A stretch of DNA of 64,000 bases from Eledone cirrhosa (Eukaryota). This document shows positions 12,480 through 25,955 of this stretch, piece by piece (the stretch's first letter is position 1; each line of letters begins with the position of its first letter). The translations under genes and the position numbers were made by a program. The notes beneath the pieces were generated by a model. That model was not told the DNA's origin. It saw only the letters and a program-made list of their open reading frames with translations, and did not search any database. The stretch is taken from NCBI GenBank assembly GCA_964016885.1, contig OZ024740.1, positions 244,900,001 through 244,964,000 on the forward strand, read 5' to 3'.

Positions 12480-13125
12480 TGCGCAGTGTACTCTACATGT
12501 GAAAATAGTTCCACTGACGCAGATGGAGAAGTTCAAGTATCTCGGGGCCGTGTTCACGAGTGATAGAATGCAGGAAGCTGAATTAAGTGCAAGAATTACA
12601 GGAGCTGGTGCAGTAATGCGCCAGCCTCGGTATTTTATAATCAGAAGGGAGATAGGTGTAAAAGCCAAACTCGCTGTCTTCCTGGTATTCCTGCAAACTC
12701 TCACTGAGGACCATGAATCTTGAGTAATGACCAAAAGAATACAATCGCAAATAAAAGCGGCAGAAATGGGGTTCCTTTGAAAGGCTTTTGGAGTAACATT
12801 ACTCGATAGAGTGCATAGCTTAGAGACCAGAGAGTCACTCCTGGTAGAGCCGCTACTTCTCCAAATTGAGAGATCACAACTCCGATACAATGGGTATGTG
12901 GTTAGAATGTCTCGGGAAAGAATTGCTGGACAGATTTTACGGGCAAAACCAGCCGGCAAGAGACCCAGAGGTAGACCCCGAGCAAGATGGTTAGATAACA
13001 TCCATGAGCTTGGCTGGACTGGCTTGAGGATCAAGCCGGATCATTTGGAGACGGTTGCTTCTGACAGAACTCGCTGGAAGGAGTGTTTGAGGACTCTGCC
13101 CCCACCACCACCACCTCGAATCTAA
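12480..13125 (+). mobile_element. 5'-truncated RTE-clade LINE (C-terminal RT region), disrupted by stop codons
   Basis: EKFKYLGAVFTSD; EPLLLQIERSQLRYNGYVVRM; GKRPRGRPRARWLD; ends at (CA)n/(TA)n. Confidence 0.85.
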
Positions 13126-13137
13126 CACACACACACG

Positions 13138-13218
<81 letters not shown>

Positions 13219-13223
<5 letters not shown>

Positions 13224-13496
13224 CAAGGTTTAGCAAATAAGAAAAAATTTCAAAATAAATTTTAAAAAATTAACTTTACTCACTATGGTTACCTTTACCG
13301 AATCGGTTTCGAGTCTCAAAAATAAATGGACAGTCCTTACAGCATCCATTGCAAAGATAACTTTTTCTTATTTGCTAAACCTTGATTATATATGTTCTGG
13401 CTCGTTAATTTATTAACCTGCCATTGAACCACATTGGCATATGGTTGGACAATACATGTGTCCCTAAGCGCTTTGTGCGTGTAGGGATATATTCTT

Positions 13497-13500
<4 letters not shown>
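13219..13500. mobile_element. Family B copy with internal inversion, flanked by (TA)n on both sides
   Basis: 13221-13360 matches 42810-42950; 13360-13500 is the reverse complement of about 42695-42838. Confidence 0.85.
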
Positions 13501-13557
<57 letters not shown>

Positions 13558-13623
13558 GAAGAGAGAAGGAACATTTAGATATAATTAGTAATAAAATGTA
13601 TCATACCTAAACTGCTCCTAGAT

Positions 13624-13713
13624 TCCTCGACTACGTAGTTTCGTGGCATAAACAAAAACAGTACATCATAAAGATATAGAGCCTTTGCGAGGTCTGCCGA
13701 CTTATCAAGAGGA
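13624..13713 (-). ncRNA. Type I hammerhead ribozyme with U3-A8 core covariation
   Basis: Minus strand: TCCTC TTGATAA GTcGGCA...TGCCAC GAAA CTACGTAG TC GAGGA; palindromic stem III; GUC cleavage triplet. Confidence 0.85.
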
Positions 13714-14144
13714 TACCTCATTTTATAGCTTCAAGAACGCGTCTACACGACGTGAGAAAGAATCCCAAAAGGCGGAGGGGGAGATAGTCACGCGATATAA
13801 CGGTCGAAAAACAGAGCTAAGCCTCTTATAACCCCGAAGAAAATACCACGGAGGCGGAGGGGGTATTTATATCGAAGCCGTAGAAGGGGTGGTAAAGGAG
13901 GCGAGAAGTATGAGTAATGGCAGCTTTCCAGCAGTCACTACACTTCAAAGATTACTCGATCAGAGGGAGTTATGAACAATATATTTAGAAACACACAGAT
14001 ACATGCGGACACACACATATACATGAATGCATCCACATCCAACTGTGAGTCAGTGGTGCCAACCTTACCGATGTTGCTCAATGAATGACTGGGACAGACC
14101 AATCCGGTTGAACCAGACTGAACCAGTATCAGAGTTAAAAATAC

Positions 14145-14183
<39 letters not shown>

Positions 14184-14783
14184 TATCATTCGTGAGGGCA
14201 TATATAATTCAAATAAACAGATATATTTATATATATATAGAGAGAGAGAGAGAAAAAGTCATATATCGTTTGAGGAACCTAGTATTTCGTACATAAATAT
14301 AAAGCGTATAATATTTAGGAAAAAAGAACCTACATTAAGGAGATGGGGGGAAGAAGAAGAAGAAGAAGAAGAAGAAGAAGAAGAAGAAGAAGAAGAAGAA
14401 GAAGAAGAAGAAGAAGAAGAAGAAGAAGAAGAAGAAGAAAGGGCATTACCTTATTAGTTACTTTAGTATGATAGATAAAGCTGGCAACGGTGTAGTTTGA
14501 ACTCGGATAGAACATTTTGCTAAATTCGTTCTAACTCTCTGCGTTTTGAGTTCAAAACACGCTGAAGTCAGCTTTGCCTTTCATCCTGTACTGGAGTAGA
14601 TCTCACCCCCCCCCCCCCCCCCCCCCTCTCTCTCCCTCTCTCTCCCTCTCTCTCTCTCTCTCTGTCCTTGTTTGGATATCGGTTGTGTTCAGACCTGGAG
14701 AGGAAATAGGCTCCACCAGGTTTTAAATGCACAAGACACGCTGTTACGGGCCTATACATACATTCCGAGCTAATTTTAAACCC

Positions 14784-14829
<46 letters not shown>

Positions 14830-15182
14830 CATATTGTTTTGTGCATTCTTTCATCGTACTTAACTCCGTCTTTCAACAGTTTACACACACATGTTTCAGC
14901 TGTTCAGACTTTATCTTACTATATGATACTTACCAATCTTATTAAATACAAATTAATTTGCTCTGCAGTATTTATTAATCATATCCTTCTAAAAGAACAT
15001 CCGTTTTACTTATATATTTTACTTTTTTCTTACATTTCTATCCTAGAAATGTAAATAGTGAATTCTTTCTAAACTTTCACTTATCATCGAGTCATTTCTT
15101 CATCACTACCACATGACTGTATCGGTGTTTCTCACCTTCTCTATATCTAAGGTCTTTTTTATCTTTTAATCCATTTTCACAA

Positions 15183-15277
<95 letters not shown>

Positions 15278-15718
15278 GCTTCCAAGATGGAGAGCCCGGC
15301 ACAGAAACAAGTGTATCCAACCGGATATATTTCTCTAACCTTTGTTATAAGCCCTTAGTTCATATTTTCAACCCTTTTCACTTAGCTTTACAGCATTTAT
15401 GTGGACGCAGCATGGCCAAATGTTTGTGAAGTTCGGTTCTTGAGAAATTTACCTTAGCCCCGAGTCGACCCTAAACTTGTAAGGGAAATTGGAGAGGCGG
15501 AAATAGTATGGAAGTTTACCAGAGATGTTGTGGCTGTGATTCATTTTGTCACACTGAATTTTCCTGAAAATTATGTAAAGGGTACACGTACCTCCGGAAT
15601 ACTCATCCATTTGTACGTTATTTTCACGATGAGGCTGTTGATCGAACAACTGGAACACTCATCATCGAAACCGACGGATGTACATTCCATTCTACAACTC
15701 ATACACACACTCACACGC

Positions 15719-15782
<64 letters not shown>

Positions 15783-15792
15783 GTATGTGCGT

Positions 15793-15859
<67 letters not shown>

Positions 15860-16125
15860 AGTAATTATTAATTTCAAACTGAAAGGAAGAGCTTTAGGAA
15901 GAAATGAAAGATCATGTTTCCTGTCTACTTGGGACTTAAATTTGATGAATGATGTGACACAGATGTGACACACAAGTGACAAGTACTAAATGTATATTTC
16001 GGCATTTAGCCTAATTTTTCCGTTGACAAATAGTTTCGAGGGTCACGTGGGAATAAGTCGATATGATAACAGTTGATGTGGTACTGATCGGTACCCATGT
16101 ATCTATATCCGACATAGTTAAGCTC

Positions 16126-16420
16126 GTGGCTTAGTTGTTAGAGTTTTAAGCTCATGAACGTATGATCTTCAGTTCCATTCCCAGATATGGTGGCCTGTTG
16201 TATCCTTGGACAAGGCACTTTACCTCACATAGCTCCTGTTCACTCAGTTGGCACAAATGAGTTGTACCTGTAATTCAAAGGAACAGCTATGGTATACATT
16301 GTGTTACTCTGAATCTCTCTGAGAACTACGTTAATGATATAAGTATCTGTGGAATTCCCAGCCACTTAACGATTAATTTCATGAGTTGGCAGTTCCGTTG
16401 ATTGAATTAAGTGGAAACGA
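16126..16420 (+). mobile_element. Second SINE family (tRNA-like head, Meta/V-type central domain); diverged copy at 53177-53435
   Basis: gtggcttagttgttagag...ttgtatccttggacaaggcactttacctcacatagctcctgttcactcagttgg...gttgtacctgtaattcaaag. Confidence 0.65.
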
Positions 16421-17181
16421 CAGAGGTCCAACAACACAACAATAGCTGTTAGCGTACTTAATGTAGTGATACGAAAAATATTTATTAATTAAAAAATACA
16501 CCAATAATGAAAAGAATCAATTATAATATTTATTAATTCGCGGTCAACCTTGCTTTTCGTCTTTTCGGGGTTCGATAAAATAAAGTACCAGTCATGTATT
16601 GGGTTGATTGAATCAACTTTGCCCACCCATCAAATTCACGGGCCTTGTACCTAAATCAGAAATCAATGTTTCATTCTGGTTGAAAAAGGTAAGCGAGACA
16701 ACCTTGCTATTTAAATTAAATTAAATCTATTTAAAATTGATTGCAAGGTTTAATGTCTCAGTAACAAACTGAAATGTCGGGAATTCATGAATCGAAGAGG
16801 CTATCCTTAACAAATAACTCAACCGGCAATAACTGAAGGAAGCCTACCGACTACCTTACAACGCAGATCGAGACATCCCCCTTACTTACTTTCTCCTTGT
16901 ACATACATGTGCTTTATTCTTCCTACTGACAATAGATTCTTGACAAAGAATTCTGAAACACATTCTATGCAACACAATTTACAACTACAGTTTCTTCACT
17001 TTTCAACAATACCTCATCTTAAACACTTGAAACTACAAAATCCCAGAAGCTGCGATTATTACATATATCGAATCTACATATGAATTCGAATTGAGAAGTG
17101 ATGCTATACCATATACCCACGTATATTGATTACTTAATGGCAAGATGTACATGAGATCTTAGTCATCAATATTTTATAATA

Positions 17182-17369
17182 ATTGTTTCTACTTTTGGTA
17201 CAAGGCCAGCAATTACCCCAGTGCATTACTGGTGCTTTATTTTATCGACTCTGTAAGGATGAAAGGTAAAGTTAACCTAGGCAGGATTTGATATCAGACC
17301 GGAAAGGGCCGTAACTTTACGGTGTAAAGCATGGTGTTCGACCCTCTACCGATACTGCCAATCCGCCGA
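17182..17369 (-). mobile_element. tRNA-type SINE (Nin-like) with TSD
   Basis: Family match; flanking repeat catcaa(t/a)attttataata at 17164-17181 and 17370-17387. Confidence 0.8.
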
Positions 17370-17387
17370 CATCAAAATTTTATAATA

Positions 17388-17840
17388 CTAGACCACCCGT
17401 GACCCGTTGGGTCACGTTCCGTTCAAAATATTTTTTTTTAAATCATGTTCACTTAAAATAATTTTTAAATAATTAAAATATACACAGACATGTATATAAT
17501 GTGAAATGAAACTGGAAGGCCCATATATATATACGTGTGTGTATGTATATATATATATATATAAATGTGTGTGTGTATGCATATATATGTATGTGTGCGT
17601 GTATATATATATATGTGGGTTTCTGTGATCTATATACACTGGTCATAGACACACACACACATATATATATATACACACACACTCATATATATATATATAT
17701 ACACTCACACAACAACACCACCATCTCCCTCTCTCTCTCTCTCTTTCTCTGCCTCATCTCCCTCTCTCTATGTCTCTCTTTCGATCTACTCTCTCACAGC
17801 CACTATCTCTCTCTCTCTCTCTCTCTGCTCTCTGCTCTCT

Positions 17841-17877
<37 letters not shown>

Positions 17878-18070
17878 ATGAAGGTATACGGAAAAACCTC
17901 ATATCTTGGGAACCCGTGCTCTGATTTACGCGAAACTTGTTTTATTCCATATGTATTCCCATTTCAGGGTCAACTTCCTTTCAAAGTTTTTTTCCCATCA
18001 TGCACGCTTTTGGCTGTACTACATTACAGACAAGCAAGCAAGCAATCACAGAGTTTTAGTAGTATATGGA
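17388..18070 (-). mobile_element. Non-autonomous Helitron-like element
   Basis: Minus strand starts TCCATATACTACTAAAA, ends with hairpin CGTGACCC-aac-GGGTCACG then CTAG; lies between A and T; internal microsatellites. Confidence 0.65.
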
Positions 18071-18169
18071 TATCTTAACTGCAAATTTTTTAAAATACAA
18101 AATTACATACACTTGAACTTATATTACTGCACTCACATACACACGAATATATATATGTGCGTGTGTGTG

Positions 18170-18201
<32 letters not shown>

Positions 18202-18721
18202 GGGGGGGGGGGGGGTTAAGCAATAAATATCCTATGTAATACCTCCACTTTGTTCTTATTATATACACTCTGCTCTGCATTGAGTGCTGACATTGGTACT
18301 CTCACCAGTTTTCTTCGGACTTACTAAATCTTTTGCACGTATAATGATCCCCGCTGGGTAGAGCACCTACAGCTGAGTGAGTACCATGGGGAGGTCTACC
18401 TGTCGTCTTATTCTGAGGACATACCAATACAGGATAGCAACACTTACCTGTGTTGGGTGGTACAGTACACGGACTCATTTACCCAATGGTTGCGGTGGTA
18501 TGCTTACCTTTTTTGACCACACCATCACCACAGACTACATCACACCTGACGTTGACCCTTCGGACCTAAAGGGTTACTTCAATTCCTGTATGAAGCCCCT
18601 CACCATGTACTTCTGGAGAAATTTGAGGGTAGACTCTTGCATTTTTTGGCGTGTTTTTTTATGATATATGTATGTGTGTATTTATATGTATGTGTGTATA
18701 TGTGTGTATGTATATGTATGT

Positions 18722-18775
<54 letters not shown>

Positions 18776-19129
18776 TTGTATGTACATGTACAATTTCTAC
18801 GTGTGGGAGTGTGTGTATGTGCGTAGGTATTTTATGCATGTGTGTGTATGCGTGTGATCACATATATTTTGTATTTGTTTTTGTTTGTAACGGTTATTTT
18901 CTTGTAATGCTCGGGTTATTCGATTCTAGACCCGTGATTGGTCATTCTATAGGCGTGTTTGTGTCTGGCTGGTTCATTTGATGTGATTTTTGTTGTGTTA
19001 AGACTGGTCTGAGGATCAGACAGGCTTGGAGTCTGGTCTGGGATGATCCCCAGATCACGAACCGGCTGCCTGGGAAACATTTGTAATGGGTTAAGCAATA
19101 AATCTCATATGTAACACTTCTACTTTATG

Positions 19130-19201
<72 letters not shown>

Positions 19202-21239
19202 CAAAGTAAACGAGTCGTTTAAGGTTATCTAAGGAAAGATTACGAGTAATCTGTACCGTGGAAGATTTTAACGTGTGGCGTTGGTTGACTCAACATCGGA
19301 ATTGTCCAAAATCGGAGGGCCGATTTCGGACAGTTCCGATGTTAGTTGTTCCTGAAGTATTAATAACGAATGAATGATGATTAATACGGATAAGTGATAC
19401 AATACGGTTTTATTCCAAGCATTAACATATGTTTCATTGGCTAGTATGCAATCGATTATGTCTTAAAATCACTATTTACAATGTTATTGTGAAACTCGGT
19501 TTTAGATACTGCTTATACTAGGCAAATTACCGAAATACAGTGCATAAGTGATACATTTACGGTGACGTGTTGGCAGTGTCATAGGAGTGACGGACAAAAT
19601 ATCTTACGGTAGTTATTCAGGCTTTTTGCGTTCTGAGATCAAAACCTGCCGAAATCAACTTTACTTTTCATTTTCCTGAGATCGTTAAAAAATATATTAG
19701 TCTAGATAAGGTGGGTTGAGGAAATCGTCAAAGCGTCTGGTATTTATTCCAGCTGTTTACGTTCAGTATTCAAATCCCGTCGTGAGCCACTTGGGTGATA
19801 GACTTAATCCATCACCAGCCATAGCACCATCACCCGGCCTTTGTTGTGTAGGTTTTAATGGATTCCTTTCTGTCGCAAGCTGACTGATTTAAGGATATGT
19901 TGCTTTCTCCCTTCACCTCGTCACGCTGGCCCTGAAAAAATAAAAGGACATGGGCTCTGTCGTTTCATCTTGACTAAGTGATAGAATAAATAGGAATTTT
20001 TTTATTTGTTATATGGTTTGACGTCAAACCAATCAACATTGGGTACACTTTACCCGGAAAACGAACTATTTTCTAAAATTATACATGTACGCCTTTACCA
20101 CTGTTTTTAAGGTTTAGCCTCACAAAATGCCAACATAACTAAAACCTTGATGATAATTAGTTATTTCCCATTTAACATATCTGTTACTTCCTATTGTTAT
20201 TTTGTGATTAAAAAAATACCAACTTCCATTATTCAAACTTTATTTCAGTTTGTATTCCATGATTTTCTCATGCAACAAAACAGGTCGGTACAGATGAATC
20301 ATGTAGAATGCATTAATTAGCTTACAAAGGTCAAATAAAGTCACTATATTCTAATCGCTTTATTGGAGGAATCACTGATGCATTTTTTTCAATCCTATAA
20401 CTCGTAATAGCAAATCACACACATTTCTAGATGCATAGCATTATGTAAAGCGGTCAATTTGGAATGTCGCTAGAGTGTTGCATATTCATTCCGGGTCTCT
20501 GCGTTCTGAGTTCAAATCCCGTCAAAGTCCACTTTCCCTTTCATCCGATAAATAAAATACCATTTCAGTGCTGCTGCAGCCCTCTTCCCTTTCAACTGTC
20601 ACATCATAGATGTTCCGCTGGATCATGCGAGGGAGAGTCGAGAGTGTGTCGGTATCTGTTCCTGACTGCATGGCCACATAAAACGCTTAACGAAAGTACT
20701 GTACACAGTACAAAGAAATACTCCATTGCGAGTGAAGAATGTCGCTATTTTTACTACTATTTAAATGTATACCTACATTAAATCTATATTAGATTTTCTC
20801 ACATATGCTGTGTTATGCATAAATACTTATTATTTAATTAATCACGCCACCGTAGCATATTATACAGCTTAGACTGGTTATTTCAGTGAAGTTCTGATTG
20901 CTATTTGATATAATAACGATAAGCTATAATTTCTCTTCGTAAGAACTTGTCTTTGAATAACAGCCAATTAGATGTAAAACATGTAAATCCAATCCCTATA
21001 TGTATCTGTGTATAACATAATAACATAAATATATCTACATTTGTTCAGGTTTTCGGGGCGAGTTTTATAATTTCAAAAATGGTGGTTATATTTACATTAA
21101 ATATATTTTAGATATTCTAAGGTAACTGGCCTAGGTAACTCTCATTTTAATACATCCTTGATATGGTTATAATAAGCTAACACATTTTTTTTTCCGGGCT
21201 GAAGGTTCAAGCCGCTACAGCACTTTAAACACTACGCTT

Positions 21240-21882
21240 GTCACAGCTGACAGGTTTCACAATGCAGTCGAGGCGTGAGGACAACTGGGATGTTCGATAT
21301 GCAGCAAAGTTTTGTGTCAAGTTTGGCAAAAACGCTGCAGAAATCTATGAAATTGTCAAAACTACTTACGAACTAACTTTCATGAACCGGACAACTGCTG
21401 GCACAAGAGGTTGCAGGAAGGCAGGGAGCAGATGAGGGACGACGAGAGGTGTGGCAGGGAGAGGGACATCAAGACGTTAAAGACAGTCCACAAAATTCGC
21501 AAATTTCTGGACGAGGACCGTTGTGCATCTCTTCTGATGACTGCTAAACAATTTGAAGTGGCTGAGGGCACTGTGAACATACCCATTCGTGATGATCTGA
21601 ACATGCGCAAAGTTTGTTCCCAGAGTGCTCAATGAAGATCAAAAGCAAAGGCACGTTGGTGACAGTAGGAGATGGTTGAGTGGATCGCTTCGAATCCAAG
21701 TGTCCTTGAGTCTCTGGTAACCTGTGACCAGAGCTGGGTCTATTGATATGATCTAGGGACCAAGAGACAGGGTGCCAGGTGAAAACATTCTGACTTCCCA
21801 AAACTCAAGAAGGCCAGGCAAAGCAGGTTCACTGGAAAGCTCATGATTATCCCATTCTTCGGCAGTAAGGGCATCATCTACA
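21240..21882 (+). pseudogene. Decayed mariner-type transposase
   Basis: RYAAKFCVKFGKNAAEIYE; EGREQMRDDERCGR; DDLNMRKV..KFVPRVL; VTCDQSWVY; GKLMIIPFF..KGIIY across frameshifts. Confidence 0.85.
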
Positions 21883-21883
21883 T

Positions 21884-23144
21884 TAAAGGTTCTCAAAGTG
21901 GGCGCTACCACCCCCCGGCGGCGTTGAAAAGGTCCAGTGGGGCACTGAGGCCTAAGGGGGTGCTAGATGACCCTGGGGTCTATGGGGACTGTAAAGCAAA
22001 TGGGCATTAGGAGGAACGGAGAGGCTGTAAGTGCCATTCCGCCCATGCAATTGAACGCGCCCGTAAGTGTGAGAACTTGTCTTGCGTTCTTCCTTCTACT
22101 TAACAATATATCCAGGGCCGGATTCCTCAAAATTTTGCAACTTTAGGGACATCAGATTGCTATCAGACCACAGTTCTGTGTGTGTGTGAAAGAAAGAATG
22201 GACAGATTCTCCCTATATTTCTTTCTGTCTTTCTCTTTCTTTCTCTCTTTTTCTGCCACTGTCAACCAGTGCTCTAGGAATGTGTGTGGGGGGGGGGGGG
22301 TATTGTGTGTGTATGTGTGTAGGAACTTTCAACTTATTCAAAGAAGAATCTCTCTCCTGGATTCTTTCACTCAGATTTAAAGTCTAAGGAACAACAACAT
22401 TGTGCTTTGAAGGTAAGTTCTATATCTTAATTCTTAAAAAACAAATATTTTAGCTAATTTTGTCTAATTATGTTTCGTCATCATAAATATTATAAACATT
22501 TTAATTAATGTTAAAACTTTCATTTACACAAGCAATAAGATTTAAACTTTTCAGCATACACGTGTGTGTGTATGTGTATGTTTGTTTGCATCTATGTAGG
22601 TATCTAAACTATAATAATATTTATAAACGAAGTAATGAGGTACTTTGAAGTGTCTTTCAAATTAGTTCACAAGCATTTTAAAGAAATCCAAAACATTTTA
22701 TATTCCAATATTGTTCAACCAAAGCAGCTGAACTGCATGAAGATATGGAGAGGCGGTCTCGTGATCTGTTTGCTCTTCGAGTCCCTGAATGGATTGTCAA
22801 CCCCATTCATTGACATAGGTGGAGAGTTAGAAGAGGAGCTGATAACTCTTCAAAATGACATTGAGTTGAAACCTCAATTCCGCAAGTTCTATCAAGTATT
22901 TCCGCTTCAAAAGGCTATCCTTGGCCGCTATCTGGAGCTTTGGAAGAAAGTCAAATTGTTCTTCATTGCCTTTCCAACATCATATTTGGTTGAGAGAAGA
23001 TTCAATGTGGTCACTCTCCTTCTTACAAAGCAGCGGAGCAAACTCCGAATTACGGAGCGTGGAAATGTCAGATTTATTCGTAGTACAATTCAACCTGAGT
23101 TTGAGAGGCTACTTTCACTTCCCCAAACTCATCCTTCTTATTGA
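21884..23144 (+). mobile_element. hAT (Charlie/Buster-like) remnant with transposase C-terminal dimerisation domain
   Basis: Start resembles a hAT TIR (ggttctcaaagtggg); ORF 22635-23144 has EEELITLQND...FFIAFPTSYLVERRF...TKQRSKLRITERG...QTHPS. Confidence 0.7.
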
Positions 23145-23340
23145 GCTGTTGTGTTCTCCAATATGCGTTGAAAATTTGTGCGGGGTCGATAAAATAAACA
23201 CCAGTAATGTATTGGATAATTGTTGGCCTTGTGCCAAAAATAGAAACAATTATTTTATTGAGTAAGAATATACTTGCGTATGTAGAAAGGTCTCTTTTTT
23301 TGCGGTGGATTGGGGGACTTTATGAATTTATTATTAAATA

Positions 23341-23810
23341 TCAAATTCCAAATTTTTCTCAATCTTAAGGAAAATCTTCCCATCCACACACAGATACCAC
23401 CAGATACTAAATGCCTTTACAGTTAAACTATCGTACTCTACTACACCTAACCTACAAATAAGAATAAACGCGTCTAACATATCGAAGCTTAAGAATATCT
23501 TAGAGCAGGTACATTCTTCAACTACTAGCACGAATATTTCAATAAATTACTTTAACTCACCAAACCCGGGAAGCATCAAAACTAATGCTAATACTGACAC
23601 CAACACGAATAGAGTATTTACAGAGCAACACAACGTAGCATATAGCCCTCCTAACGTAGCACGCAGTGCCCCCGATAGAGACACTAATACCGTCAACAAT
23701 AATAACAGCGCTGTAACATTTGTACAGCCAATACTAATGCTGGGAAACGCACTAGATCTGGACAAGCGATCACAAGTACATAGGCATATGTTTGGAGAGA
23801 ATTTAGTCTA
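23341..23810 (+). pseudogene. PLE RT thumb fragment followed by an Asn/Thr-rich in-frame extension (no ATG start, absent from the ORF track)
   Basis: KFFSILRKIFPSTHRYHQILNAFTVKLSYSTTPNLQIRINASNISKL aligns by eye with KIFLSLITKHFPPTHKYSNIFNRNTIKISYSTAPNLAHNITASNLAKL of the 737-aa ORF. Confidence 0.8.
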
Positions 23811-24290
23811 TTAAATCGACTGCTGTTCATGACTGGTACTTCGTTCTTTTCCAGCAGATTCAAGCTCAGAACATAAAGAGCCGCAACTAAATACCACAAG
23901 GCATTTTCCCGACACTCTTACGATTTTGCTAAATCACTGAGAATAAAAGAATATTTCTGAAAAAAAAACATTTAATTAAAAAAAATATATGGCATAGCAT
24001 AATATTATGGGGTCGGTACCAATTGAAATCAGATATAGATTATCAACAGTAACATCAAACTCGTTTTTCTTTGAAATATTTTATTAGTAATTAAACCAAT
24101 ATGATTCTCAAAAAAGAGATTAAAGTGCAGTGTTGATTTATTATCAATCTAATTACTCGTTATTTTTTACATTAAAAGATAATCTCATATAGTTTGTATC
24201 TTATCTAACATCGCCTGATTAATTTGAAACTTTTTAACATATTTCCTTACCACTCGCACACACATATCTATCTATCTATCAATCTATCTA

Positions 24291-24348
<58 letters not shown>

Positions 24349-24390
24349 TCCCTCTCCCTCTCTCTCTCTCTCTATCTATCTATCTCTCTC

Positions 24391-24430
<40 letters not shown>

Positions 24431-24464
24431 TCTCCCTCTCTCTATCTATCAATCTATTTATAAA

Positions 24465-24525
<61 letters not shown>

Positions 24526-24779
24526 CTATCTCTCTCTCTCTCTCTTTCTCTCTCTATATATACACATATATATATATATATGAATGTGTGACTGTGTGTG
24601 TACACATACATACATATATACATATACATATATATATATGTGTGTGTGTGATTGTATTGTTATACTTTGGGAGGGTCATGCTGCCAATAAAAAGACAAGC
24701 ATCTGTTGGTTTTCACTTCAATTTATTATAAATTTCCGGTTGGTTGGTTGGTTCGATAACCGGATGGTTGTTATATATT

Positions 24780-24822
24780 GTCAAAGCTCTTTCGTCACAC
24801 ATTGTGTGACCTCCTCAGTGAC
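24780..24822 (-). ncRNA. Minimal type I hammerhead ribozyme
   Basis: Minus strand: GTCA CTGAGGA G GTCACAC-aat-GTGTGAC GAAA GAGC TT TGAC. Confidence 0.75.
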
Positions 24823-24848
24823 TGTTTTTTTTATTTTGTGTCACTCCT

Positions 24849-25595
24849 TTGTTCTGTCCTACACCATCTTCTTTTTGTGTCATATATATATATTTATATA
24901 TATATATAGACCCTCATAGAACTGGACATGAAAGAATTTGCCCATTATACAGGAGCAAATCATGGAATAGATTAGATAGGACTAAACATAAGATAGGGAA
25001 AGCCACCGCATGGTACGACAATCAGAGATACCAGAGTGTCATGTTCGTGGACACTACCCCTGGGGGGAAATTAGCTAACCAGTGTAGAAAGGCCCTGAGA
25101 AAGACCCACTTAAAGATTAAAGTGGTAGAAAAGCCAGGAACCACCATAAAATCCCTGATTAGCAAAACCTACCCTTTTAAGAAAACCCACTGTACTAATA
25201 GAAAATGTATCATATGTAGAGTAAACCCCCGGATAAACTGTAAAACTAGAAACGTAGTCTATAGCATAAGATGTACAGAGGGTACTTGCAAAAACATGAC
25301 AACAACATACATAAGCGAGACAGCTCGTAGCATAGGTGAAAGGATAGACCAACACTGGGGGGAACTAAAAGGACGAAAAAACGGTTCAGTACTATACAAA
25401 CACGCCAGACAACAACATGACGGTAACATAGACAACATAGAAATTAAAATAATATCTAAACATAGAAGTGACCCAGCAGATAGGCAAATCAGAGAGGCCA
25501 GTGAAACAGAAATTAGAAGGCCAAAGTTAAACAGAAAAAATGAATGGAATAACAACAACACCCAAACAATCAATACTGACCTAAGAGAAATATAA
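24849..25595 (+). CDS. PLE C-terminal region: thumb, Cys-rich linker and GIY-YIG endonuclease (N-truncated; homology starts at about 24910)
   Basis: CTNRKCIIC...CKTRNVVYSIRC...YISETARSIGERIDQH...LYKH...H...RQIREA...P.LN. Confidence 0.8.
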   Translation: MFCPTPSSFCVIYIYLYIYIDPHRTGHERICPLYRSKSWNRLDRTKHKIGKATAWYDNQRYQSVMFVDTTPGGKLANQCRKALRKTHLKIKVVEKPGTTIKSLISKTYPFKKTHCTNRKCIICRVNPRINCKTRNVVYSIRCTEGTCKNMTTTYISETARSIGERIDQHWGELKGRKNGSVLYKHARQQHDGNIDNIEIKIISKHRSDPADRQIREASETEIRRPKLNRKNEWNNNNTQTINTDLREI

Positions 25596-25659
25596 ATAAA
25601 TAAACAGATTAAATAAAGATGGCGTAGACATACAATACAACAGGAGGAAACATAATAGC

Positions 25660-25702
25660 ACCACTGATGATGTTGCAGATATGCAACGAAAGAACTTTGT
25701 TA
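25660..25702 (+). ncRNA. Minimal hammerhead motif in PLE pseudo-LTR (stem I weak)
   Basis: CA CTGATGA T GTTGCA-gata-TGCAAC GAAA GAAC TT TG. Confidence 0.6.
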
Positions 25703-25892
25703 GACTATATATATGTGTTAGTGTCTATATTATATCTGAATTTTTTACCGTTGGTCAGTCAATGGTAAACATTGAGGACCGAATAAATTAACTGATATAA
25801 AAGATACAGAAGCGAAAACCAACCAAACAGTGAGTGTGTTCTGTTATTAATTCTGGCAATGTTATTACAACAATATGACCCTCCCCAAGTAT

Positions 25893-25955
<63 letters not shown>

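Larger units (their letters stand above)
24657..25900 (+). mobile_element. 5'-truncated Penelope-like element with 3' pseudo-LTR and an inverted pseudo-LTR upstream
   Basis: GIY-YIG ORF, HHR-like motif at 25660-25702, terminus atgaccctccccaagtataacaat next to (TA)n; inverted related terminus at 24657. Confidence 0.8.

Noticed and set aside
12264-13034. 256-aa minus-strand ORF (also 55332-55748, 56586-57062, 48445-48831)
   Set aside because: Antisense shadows of LINE or PLE coding sequence
22375-22412. 38-nt exon-like segment with good acceptor and donor
   Set aside because: Lies inside the hAT remnant; cannot be tied to a host gene
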